A stretch of 64,000 nucleotides of DNA from a virus (Duplodnaviria; Heunggongvirae; Uroviricota; Caudoviricetes), in the IMG/VR virus record IMGVR_UViG_3300009008_000023, positions 1 to 64,000 of that record; one strand, 5' to 3'. Positions 54,685-64,000 of the stretch are shown here, in pieces (the stretch's first letter is position 1; the number at the start of each line of letters is the position of its first letter). The position numbers were made by a program, and so were the translations under genes. The notes under the pieces are model-generated. The model worked only from the letters and a program-made list of their open reading frames with translations, had not been told where the DNA came from and searched no databases.

Positions 54685-54712
54685 CGCCCTACGTACGTGG
54701 GGCGGTTTTTTT
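54685..54712 (+). terminator. rho-independent terminator
   Basis: CGCCCT-acgtacgt-GGGGCG plus T7. Confidence 0.65.
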
Positions 54713-54781
54713 CCATGGCAAAGGACCACGAGATAATACAGAAATGGTGAAGGTTGCTGGTCTTACCCTCCCATGCCAAAG

Positions 54782-54815
54782 AAAAAAAGCGCCCGTGGTG
54801 GAGCGCTTTTTTTAG
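54782..54815. terminator. bidirectional rho-independent terminator between convergent transcription units
   Basis: A7-AGCGCCCGTGGTGGAGCGCT-T7. Confidence 0.75.
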
Positions 54816-54833
54816 CTTAAAATTTAAGTTTAT

Positions 54834-55232
54834 TTATATGCCGTATTTATCTTTTGGGGATTTAAATACATAAACAGGAGTTTCACTAGCTCTATCAAGT
54901 TTATAAGGAGCTGTAGTATCGTCGTCATCATAATACACTTCTTCAGCCTTTTCAGGCTCAGTTTCTACCGGAATACCTTCTTGTTCTTCTGTAATATCCT
55001 CAATTAGAATTCCGTCATCATAATACTCAAGAGGTATAATGTAGCCAGACATTCCTTCTAATAAATCCCATAAATCTATTACAGGTCCTTGTTCTTTTAT
55101 TTCATTGCTAGATACAAGATAACACTCTTCATTATCTTCTATAGGATCAATAATACCATCCATATAATCAGTATTATACTTTTTATCATTCCAAACTACA
55201 TGATGTGTATCGTTTTTTATAAACCAAGGCAT
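54834..55232 (-). CDS. hypothetical highly acidic protein cotranscribed with the RNAP gene
   Basis: ATG overlaps the RNAP stop region; Asp/Glu-rich (YYDDDDTT). Confidence 0.4.
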   Translation of the reverse strand: MPWFIKNDTHHVVWNDKKYNTDYMDGIIDPIEDNEECYLVSSNEIKEQGPVIDLWDLLEGMSGYIIPLEYYDDGILIEDITEEQEGIPVETEPEKAEEVYYDDDDTTAPYKLDRASETPVYVFKSPKDKYGI

Positions 55233-55235
55233 TTA

Positions 55236-58200
55236 TTATTTATCTCCGAATTCATCTCCATAAATATAAGCAGGGATTGGGTCTTTTCCTGCAATATCTC
55301 CGTATGCAGCTTTGGAAGCACCTTCTTGTATTGCTGCTTTAATTCTATTCGTATAGAAACGTGTTAACCAATCTTCACTATCAACATTTAACGTTTCGAT
55401 TGATTTAAAATACGGTTTATATTTAATTGTGTCAAGACTTTCTTTTGTTCTTTCCTTATTTATTTTATCTAAATAAGAAATAGTTGACTTATCACCGCGC
55501 AAGAATCCGCTATTACTGGGAGCTTCCATAACTTCAGCATTATCTGAAATCCCTCGAATAACAGTTTCTAAGCCCTTTTTATAGAAGTCATCTTCATAGA
55601 TAGTATTAATCTGATCAACAATATACTGTTGTGCAGCTAAGTGTCCTTTATATTCGGCTAATTCTTGAGGTTTAATAGAACCGTTTGTAAGAGGGTCCCC
55701 AGGTGACACCGAATCTCCAACCTTAACAATAATAGTTCTTGAACTTGGAATTGTTATTGTTTTGTCATTCTTAGTCCCATACCCTTCAATTCGAACATCA
55801 TAACCACCCACAACGTTCTTTCGAATTGACTTAACTTTGCCTTTAACGGGAGATAAGACTGCTTTACTCTTAAGTTTTTTAGGTACTTCTAGTAGCTGAA
55901 CAAGTCTTGGGAATCCTTCAGTAACACCGCCGCTAGTACTTACTGCTGCGCCTCCTGTATGGAAAGTTCTCATAACTAATTGAGTACTTCTTTCAGTAAG
56001 GGCTTGTGATTCTATAACTCCAATGTTTTCACCAAGATTAGGTAATTGACCGTTTGGCATTAATCCATAACAGAGTTGGCAAACACCGTTAGAAGTTTTA
56101 CAAGTTAGGGGACTTCTTACTTCCACTGTTTGTACTTTTGCGGCTTTTAATTTCATTAAAATACGCGAATCAATCAAATCGTTCTTTTTTGCAACGCCTT
56201 TTATTGACTCCGCTAAGTGTCGGTCCATTACATCTTTAGAATTCACCGAAAGCTCAATACCTTCATGAGTTTTACAGTCTTTTTGCGTTACAAGTAATCG
56301 ACGTGTTACACCAAGCAACGCTTTATTAAGTGCTCCAGAGTCAGCAGTGTTTACCGCTCGGTCAACTGTTCCTCGACGTACACCATAGATGTGGTTCCAG
56401 TAACTTGCTGTATCAATTCCCTCACCATATGATTTAAGAATGGGTACAGGGATTGGGTTACCATCAAGGTCTTGCACAACTCCAGGTAAAGATAAGATCT
56501 GCCGTACATTACCTTTTTTACCTCCACCAACACTGCCAGACTCAATCATTTCATAAATATTATTGGTTTTAGCTAAGGCTTTATCCTGGGCTTTTTCAAC
56601 TTTACTCGTTAAATCAATATAAGCATTAATTCTCGCAGTGCCTTTTAGTTTTTCAATTTTCGGTAATTCTTTTTCATACAATTTATCACGATAAGATTTA
56701 TCTTGCACAAAGTCAGTGATAGAGATGGTATGTGATCGTTGATGCGCATAAGTGTTACCAAGCTCTTTAAATCTATTTGCAACTTTACCAAAATCAGAGC
56801 GATACTCTTTACCAATCTGCTCAAACAATTTGCCTACAGCTTTTTTATTCATTTGACGAGTATAGTTTTTAAGTGCTGTAGGTAATACTTTATTAATTTC
56901 GTACTGCCCAATAGTCATCTTCTTACCGTGTAAAGTAAAGACATCAGTTGGGTGTAACCCCGCCGCTTTGGCTTCCGTTATTGATTTAAATGTTTTGCCT
57001 GTGGCTTTACCAATCTTACTTAAATAGTAAAGACCGACGATGTACTCTTGAGAAATTTCTGGTACAACAGAGTTATCACCGTGTTTGAAGATAATATTAC
57101 TAGGCAGAATCTTATAAGCTTCGGTTACAGCCTCCGCACCAACAGGCACATGAACTGCCATAGTATCACCATCAAGGTCAGCATTGAAACCAGAGAAAAT
57201 TATGGGGTTAAGTTTAATTGCTTTACCATCAACTAATACGGGTTTAAATGCTTGTATACTATGTTTATGTAAACTAGGCGCTCTGTTAAGTAATACAGGC
57301 CGATCTTTCACAATTAATTCCAATGCTTTGTCAGCTAATTGTGTGTCTTCATTTACTTCTTGAAGCGCTTTACCGGCTTTCATTCCCTGTCTTACAAGCT
57401 CTTTAATAATAAAAGGTTGGAAGATAGTTTTAGCCATACCCTTAGGAATACCAACTTCATCAATTCCCAGGTCAGGTTCAACAGTAATGGTACTTCGTGC
57501 TGAAAGTTCTTGTCGTCTCCCCCACGTAGTTGAGTGAACGAATCCGTGCTTAACTTGTTTACCAGTAAGCTCTTTAATTATGCCTTTGTATTTCTTTTGT
57601 GAATAAGTAACAGGGTCAATAAATCCTTGTTGGGCTTTTATCGCTTTGTACAAAGAGTGATCATATTGATGTTGCTCTTCTTGGCTTAATTTAGCTTTAA
57701 TTGCTTTATAGTTAGTATTAATAACGCCTATGTCTCGATAGTGCTGATTAATATCAGACACCATTAAGTCACCACTTGGTAGTGGATAAATTGGTCGATA
57801 CACAGGAGGTAATACAGGAACAAATTTTGTTAGGTATGCTTGTGTAGGTGTATATCCTAAGTCTTTAAGTGCTTCTAGGTATCTTACTTTATTATTAAGT
57901 TTATTAATATTAGATTCAGGGGCATCTTTCAATTCTTTTCGAAGTTTTCGCAGTTCAGTAGTAATATCAATAGATTTTAATCCCGCTGTAATTGCATCTA
58001 CACCTGTTTTACCATCTAACTCAAGTTCACCTGCCATTACTTTATCAAACTTATCTTCAGTTAAATCTAAGAGTTTGGTAATCGCTCCTTCATACATTGG
58101 ATTAGGAAGCTTTTTAACTAAGTTAATATGAGTCCACTTTTCACCAGCTAGACCACCGGTTATCTCTCTATCAAACAACCCGCCTTTACGTTCTGCAAGA

Positions 58201-61200
58201 TTCTTACCTTTAAGCATAGCGCCTGGGTCAGTTAACTCACCGGCAGACCATTCTTTAATAGTAGTGTCTGTTAGAGGGAAGATTCTAAATTTACTACCCT
58301 TCTTTTCAACATTAACGCCTGCGGCTTTTAAGTAGTTAACCATTTTATCAAATACAAAGTTAGACTCAGGTGGAGCTGGAGCTAATCCTAGTTGTAAATT
58401 ACGCCAATACTCATCATTCTTTCTACCTTTAATAGTAGACATTTCTTTAAGAAGATTTTTAGTGCCATGTGCTAACATAGAGTAAGTAAGCATCGGGTCA
58501 ATTTTTTGTGCGCCTTTACCTACAGGCAGTTCGTTAATATCGTAAGACCCGAAGGAGTGCTCTCCCGCTTTCTTCTTAACAATATGACGCAGTTTCATAA
58601 AGTACTGATTACCTACAAAGATGGACTTTTCAAAGGGCTTCCCTGTAGCTCCGTCAGTTAAAGTTTCATTAGCTTTAATACCAAGCTTTTTCATTTCTGC
58701 GTAAACTTTTGTAGCATTATCATCACCAGAGAAACTTTTAACTAAATAGGGCTTACCTGTTTTCTCAGCAATCTTTCCGGCAGCAGTTTCTAATATCTGT
58801 CCAATATTCATACGTCCCGGAATACCGTGGGGATTAACCATAATATCCACAGAAGTTCCATCTGGACGATGAGGTGCTTCTGAGTCAGGGATAATTTTAG
58901 TGATAATAGATTTGTTTCCAAACCTACCACTTAGTTTATCTCCCTCTTTAAAGGGGTGAACAGCTTTAATATAAATATCAATATTACGTCCATTTTGACG
59001 AACGTCAATTACTTCTCCTGCCTCTTCTTCATCCCACTCAAGTACCTTTTTAACAAAAGGCGCCATTGTAGCTTTACTGAGTTTTCGAATAACTTTTTCT
59101 TCTTCAGATAATTCCCGTTCTTCTAAAATTGCTACAAGTAGTTCTCCTAGCTGAAATATTTGGCCCTTTTTAGGAAGACCTGTATCCGCTAGTTTTTGTT
59201 TATTAGTTTTAGTTAAAATTCCTGGATACCAAGCAATAAACTTTGAAACATCAAATTGAGTTTTCGCGGGTGTAATAAATAAGTTCTTTTTGTGTAAAGC
59301 TGAATGGCTCAACTTTTGTGCAGCACTCTCAGTAATTACAGCACCATCTTCAAAGTTATACCCTTTCCAAGGCATGAAGGCCACTGTAAGGTTTTTACCG
59401 ATAGCTAAAGTACTGTCTTTATTATAGTTATTGTCTGCTAGAGGAGTATTCCACTTAACTTTATCGCCAACTTCCACAAGTGGGGTGGAGTTTAAGAAGC
59501 CTTCCTGATTAAGTGGGAAGTCCTTATATAATCCACGTTTAACAACTTCACCGTCAGTATCTCTTTTAATAAAAATGTAATCTTTAGTGATTTTAGTTAT
59601 TTCACCTGTAGGTTTAACAACTTTACCATCAACTTCTTGCTCGCCAAGAATAGGGTCTAAGAACCCACCAGCGAGCTCTTCAAAAGTACTATCTTCACCA
59701 AGCTTAGTTTGTACTAAAGGAGCTTCTCTGTCGATTAAGGGCAAGGCTTGCTGAATCATTCGTCCACCCATAGAAGCACGGTTACCTTGTGTATTCTCTA
59801 TAAAGGGTACAAGGTTTGTAGGTATTGAGAACATAGAAGATGCTGAGAATAGGTAGTAATCCACTTCTTTCGGTAGAACTTCTTTAGTGTGTCCTTCATG
59901 ATAGATTTTAACTTTAGGATTTTTTGCTCGAACATTTCCACCAGAAGTTATTTTGTACTGGTCAGGAAACCCTACTTTACTAAAGTAAAATGTTTTGGGT
60001 GTTATGTATGTCTTTTTACCCTCTTTATTAATAACGAGGGTTTTAATATTTCTACCCTGCTTAAGAGTATCCAGTGAAAGCCCTAGTGTGATTCCTACTT
60101 TACCACTTTCTGGAGTAGCTAATGAATCTAAGAATCCCAAGTGTGTGGGGTGCACATTACGAGTTTCCATAGTCACTGCGTGCATAGATCCAATACCACC
60201 TGTACCCATAGGTGAAGTCTTTCGCCAATCGCCTAAGATGGTCACAGGATTCGTTTGAGGGGGCGTTGCGGACAGGTCACTGTCAGTGAAGAAGCTTTTA
60301 ACAGGCTTACCAAAAGTAGTAGAAGAAATTACTTCCCGAATTTTGTCTTTAAGGTCAAGGTTACGACTTAACTTTTTAGTAATCACTTCATTCTGTTTTT
60401 CGAAGTGTGCAACCAGCAAATCATCAACAGCATAGATTTGTTTGAATAATAAGCTGTCTCGGTCATCCGGCTCAGCTTTGCCTTTTTCAATGTCTAATAG
60501 TTTAACTGAGGACTTTAGAAGTAAGTCACCATTAACATTTTCTTTCTTTTCACCTAGCGTTATTTCTGTAACTTCAGGATCAACTTTTGCATAGGATCCA
60601 AAATATTTTCTAAGCCCAGCAATAACTTCATTATAATCTGCAGGAACTTTTTTATAGAGCTTCTTGTAGATATTAGTCATTTCGCTAACTTCAGTATTCA
60701 GCGCGCCCTTTTTATTAATCTCTACAAGCTTGGCTCCCCATGCCTCAGTAATTTTATCATCGCCTACGTTTAGGACATTAAGCAGTGTCCATAGCCTGTG
60801 TTTACGATTATCAAAGATCACATAGAAAATGTGTGAGATAGGGTCTAGCTGCATCTTAAAATTGTAACCAGGGAATAAGTTAAATTCATTTTCTAACTCA
60901 CCGTTAGCTTTAACTCTAGCATAAATGCCTGGTTTACGACGTATCTGATTAGTGGTTTGGTATTCGTTACCATCCAGGATAACAGTAAAGCGATTAGTTA
61001 ATTTAGGGATATAACCGATACGGATATTTTCCCGTTTATCAACGGTCTTTCCTGTTTCATTATCTGTGAGCTTGAATGAAGCTAGAATCGGAACTTGCCA
61101 ACTCTTACGATTTAGCTTCAATTCTCTCTGTGTTGGAAAATCATTGCTTTCGAGCTTGTCATCTAAGCGTAACCCAGTGAGTTCCAATTGTTTACTTTTA

Positions 61201-61298
61201 CTCTTGATTGGGAAGCTGTTATTTATTATATTAATAACAGTTTCTTGGATGACTCTGTTTTGCTCACGATGGTTAAGGGCGTTGTCCATTAATTTCAC
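55236..61298 (-). CDS. single-chain multisubunit-type RNA polymerase: fused beta (N-terminal) and beta' (C-terminal) catalytic subunits, 2020 aa
   Basis: Beta motifs [16 protein letters not shown] (cf. ANRALMGANMQRQAVP) and [21 protein letters not shown] (cf. [20 protein letters not shown]); beta' motifs [48 protein letters not shown] (cf. RAPTLHRLGIQAFEP...NADFDGDQMAVHVPL). Confidence 0.85.
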   Translation of the reverse strand: [2020 protein letters not shown]

Positions 61299-61305
61299 CT
61301 TTTAG

Positions 61306-61331
61306 TATTTTTTTGGTATAAGAAGAATGAG
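61306..61331 (+). promoter_or_regulatory. phage promoter motif (tttttTTGGTATAAGAAGAATGAG) at divergent junction next to RNAP gene start
   Basis: Consensus match incl. ATG. Confidence 0.6.
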
Positions 61332-61648
61332 ACCAAGTTCTTAAAATATAGACATTTTAAGGACTAAAGTCAATAAAAGGAGGGACTTGAGCGAAAAAAA
61401 TTCAACCTCTTCATCTTCTTCTGCTAAAAACACGATAAAAGTGAAGTCCGAATCGAGGGACACTATGTCTAATATGTCGGTTTATCGGACTTCTAGCAGA
61501 AAAGAACGACCTTAACCGAATTAACGAATGTCCGAGTATGAAACTGAAACCAGAGATGAAGTTAGAGAAACTCTTAAGGAGTTTGTCAACAATCTCACAG
61601 ACTTGATCTACTTAATGATCAAGAATAGAAATAGCAAGGATTCATTGA

Positions 61649-62038
61649 ATGACCTTGATTCAACTGGGAGAGACTCTTCAAAAGAGCTTGATGAACAGTA
61701 AAAGTTTTAGGGAACTGGAGAACGTAACGTTCGATGAAGGAACCTTAACCTTAACTGCATCAGCAGAAGAGTTGAATATAAGAGAATTAAACATCATTTT
61801 AGCTAAAAATTCTTTGGGGCTCTTTAAACAAATTGAAATTTACTCCGCTAGTTCACAATTTAAAAGTCATCCTGACGACACAGTTTGTGAAATTATCGAA
61901 GTAAAAAACTTTGAGTGTGTGCAAGAATTAATGAATTTAATTAATCATAAAATTAATATGTCAATAAAGTATTTAGCAAGACGATACCAAGAATATTTAG
62001 CTAGAACAAATCAATACGAACTTTTTAATAGTAATTAG
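61649..62038 (+). CDS. hypothetical protein (129 aa)
   Basis: ORF. Confidence 0.3.
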   Translation: MTLIQLGETLQKSLMNSKSFRELENVTFDEGTLTLTASAEELNIRELNIILAKNSLGLFKQIEIYSASSQFKSHPDDTVCEIIEVKNFECVQELMNLINHKINMSIKYLARRYQEYLARTNQYELFNSN

Positions 62039-62040
62039 AG

Positions 62041-62670
62041 GTGAATATGAGCGAGCGTCAGCCACGAAAAGATCCTATTCAGGAGCTTTTTGAAGGAACA
62101 ACAACTTCATCCAAAAAATGCTTAGTCTGTAGTGAGATCGATCTCACAGCAGAAGAGCTCGAAATGGGGGGAACTTGTTTTTTCTGTAAATATCAGGAAA
62201 TTCAAAAAGCTCGTGAAATCTTTGAACGAGACGATATCGATTTTCCTGTCCCCGAAGAGTATGGGCGACGAACAGAAAACTTAGAGGCTGATTATAGAGG
62301 AGCGACGGATATTGATTCGGGGGAAGAACTTGGCGCCAAGGAAGAAATACTAGACCCTTCAACTGTTAAACGTAAATATACGTGGGACGAACGTAAGAAA
62401 ATGTACGAACAGTTTGGTTGGGATCCAGAAAGCGTTCATATTGATCCAATCACTATTCGCGTCCGGGGTGCGACTGAAGACGTCTACTTAGAACTTCAAT
62501 TACCACGTATTTCAACTGACGCTCTACGTCCAGAATTTACTAAACTCTTAGAACGTACTTTAAGTTTTATTTGTAATGTAAATACTTTTGCTCCACAACA
62601 TCCAGATAGTTTACTACAATTGCGTGGGATTATCGATCCTAGCGGAAACAATAATATGCCCATGGGCTAA
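62041..62670 (+). CDS. hypothetical protein with zinc-ribbon (209 aa)
   Basis: CLVCSE...CFFCK; GAGGTG RBS. Confidence 0.35.
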   Translation: MNMSERQPRKDPIQELFEGTTTSSKKCLVCSEIDLTAEELEMGGTCFFCKYQEIQKAREIFERDDIDFPVPEEYGRRTENLEADYRGATDIDSGEELGAKEEILDPSTVKRKYTWDERKKMYEQFGWDPESVHIDPITIRVRGATEDVYLELQLPRISTDALRPEFTKLLERTLSFICNVNTFAPQHPDSLLQLRGIIDPSGNNNMPMG

Positions 62671-62691
62671 GGATAGAAAGGCCATTGTAGA

Positions 62692-63834
62692 ATGGAAACC
62701 AGTATTAAAAAGCTACATAAGATTGAAGAGGCTTTAAAAGCTTTTTTCGTTGAACGTGACGATGAAGTCCATGGACTTACTTTAGCTTTATTAGCACGAG
62801 TTAACTTGCTTTTGCTAGGACCTCCAGGAACAGCTAAAAGTAAAATAATTAACGCTTGGAGCTCCATGATTCATGGAGCTTCAGTTTTTAGTTGGCTACT
62901 GACCAGGTTTAGTACGCCAGAAGAGTTGTTTGGTCCTTACTCTTTAAAAGGACTAGAAGAAGATAAGTTTATTCGTATCACTAAAGGAAAACTTCCTGAT
63001 GCAAATGTTGTCTTCTTAGATGAAATTTTTAAGTGTAATCCAGGAGTGCTTAACTCTTTGCTTACTGTTTTGAATGAAGGTGTGTTTTTTAATGATGGGG
63101 AACCAGTCCCATTAGATTTGCTGACCACAGTTGGTGCTTCTAATGAGATTCCTGAGGATGAAGATAATCTTCAGGCTCTCTATGATCGCTTTGTTCTTAA
63201 GTATAAGGTTATGCCTGTACGAGAGACTGCGAACTTTTTACGAATGCTGGCTAATTCAGAACAGTTTGTTTCCTCAGTATCTTTAACCTTTGATGAAATT
63301 CGCGCAATTCACCAGAAAGTGGATGGGATTGAATTCACAGGGGTAGCTCAAGAAACCTACAGAGATCTTAGAGCGGCTTTCCAGAAGAAGGGTATTATTG
63401 TAACGGACCGTACCTATAATACTTCAGTAAAACTTCTTAAGGCTGAGGCTCTTTTTCATGGGCGTGAGGAAATTCAAGAAGAAGATTTTGAAATTTTACA
63501 GCACGCTTTCTGGATTAATCCTGAACAGCACAGGATTGTTTACAGTGAAATTCTTGCTGTAACTAATCCTGAGAAGAACGAAATCCTCGAAATTTTCACA
63601 GATGCTGTGGAAGTTGCTAACACAATTGTCGGCAGAGAAGATGCTGCGCCTAATGAATGTTTAGAAGTCTCAAATAAGCTTAAGACAGCTAACAAGCGAT
63701 TAAATGAGATTGCTAAGCGAATGGATCGTAAAGGCCGTAATGTCGATGATGTAAAGAGAAAGAGTTTAGAACTTGAAAACCTACTTGGCCGTATTTTCCG
63801 AGAGAACTTAAGCCTCGGTAGTGACGTGTTATAA
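62692..63834 (+). CDS. MoxR-like AAA+ ATPase
   Basis: Walker A LLLGPPGTAKS; Walker B/sensor VVFLDEIFKCNPGVLNSLLTVLNEG typical of MoxR/RavA. Confidence 0.8.
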   Translation: METSIKKLHKIEEALKAFFVERDDEVHGLTLALLARVNLLLLGPPGTAKSKIINAWSSMIHGASVFSWLLTRFSTPEELFGPYSLKGLEEDKFIRITKGKLPDANVVFLDEIFKCNPGVLNSLLTVLNEGVFFNDGEPVPLDLLTTVGASNEIPEDEDNLQALYDRFVLKYKVMPVRETANFLRMLANSEQFVSSVSLTFDEIRAIHQKVDGIEFTGVAQETYRDLRAAFQKKGIIVTDRTYNTSVKLLKAEALFHGREEIQEEDFEILQHAFWINPEQHRIVYSEILAVTNPEKNEILEIFTDAVEVANTIVGREDAAPNECLEVSNKLKTANKRLNEIAKRMDRKGRNVDDVKRKSLELENLLGRIFRENLSLGSDVL

Positions 63835-64000
63835 CACATACAAAGGGTTAAGATGAGAAAAGTAAATCAAAACATTGATCGATTCGAAAAAGACTTAAAG
63901 CTTCAACGGCTTACCGTTAAGCAAGATGTCATGGATCGTAAAATGTTTGAAGCACTACGAGAGAATAACGCTCTACTTTCTCATAGTTTAAAGGAAATGC

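Larger units (their letters stand above)
54302..54712 (+). ncRNA. candidate ncRNA locus with a tmRNA-5'-like segment (GGGCGTGAGATAAGTTTCGACGGG...GCATGCGG...GGGGCGG)
   Basis: Order and spacing of UUCGACGGGA, GCAUGC and GGGGCGG mimic the tmRNA 5' tRNA-like/PK1 region; no credible ORF; ends at terminator 54685-54712; promoter motif at 54399 lies inside. Confidence 0.25.

Noticed and set aside
54342-54779. 71-aa plus-strand ORF (54342..54557) and 77-aa minus-strand ORF (54546..54779) in the region after tRNA-Val
   Set aside because: The first starts upstream of the promoter motif and spans it, the second is antisense; neither has an RBS; region treated as non-coding RNA.
56351-60258. Short ORFs (56351 -, 57048 +, 59889 +, 59995 +) inside the RNAP gene
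   Set aside because: Nested within a 2020-aa ORF whose translation carries RpoB/RpoC motifs throughout; out-of-frame or antisense artefacts.

Overview
This 64 kb window reads as part of a large, AT-rich virulent bacteriophage genome infecting a Gram-negative host. Host inference rests on one consensus sigma70 promoter, lipobox lipoproteins and an outer-membrane-barrel moron. Coordinates of RNA features are approximate to about 2 nt.

Layout:
- 1..8184 (minus strand): virion and baseplate-like genes, including a gpV/VgrG-like spike, plus a metallophosphoesterase.
- 8.3..54.3 kb (plus strand): a long block of small early/middle genes interleaved with auxiliary metabolism, stress and RNA-repair genes and a tRNA array.
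  - Metabolism: NatV-like NMNAT-Nudix, an intron-split NadV/NAMPT, PurA, ThyX, dCMP deaminase.
  - Stress proteins: Hsp20, CspA-like, ClpP-like.
  - RNA repair: RtcB, an ATP-dependent ligase, a DEDDh exonuclease.
  - Other: a sigma70-family factor, at least five HNH endonucleases, a Cas4-like nuclease, vWA and SPFH proteins, an outer-membrane-barrel moron.
  - About 25 tRNA genes between 31.5 and 54.3 kb.
- 54.8..61.3 kb (minus strand): a 2020-aa single-chain fused beta-beta' multisubunit-type RNA polymerase and a small acidic protein.
- 61.6 kb to the end (plus strand): hypothetical proteins and a MoxR-like AAA+ ATPase.

Notable observations:
- Two group I introns with HNH homing-endonuclease ORFs, one splitting nadV and one in the anticodon loop of tRNA-Leu(UAA).
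- An amber-suppressor tRNA(CUA).
- tRNAs with atypical long GAAA-capped variable arms.
- A roughly 0.9 kb ORF-free GC-rich locus bounded by a phage promoter motif and a terminator, probably a large structured ncRNA.
- A strongly conserved phage promoter motif, TGGTATAAGAAnnATG, in 14 intergenic sites and once inside a CDS.
- A noncoding 1.1 kb region with a (GTAA)9 microsatellite and ATACCACCC iterons.
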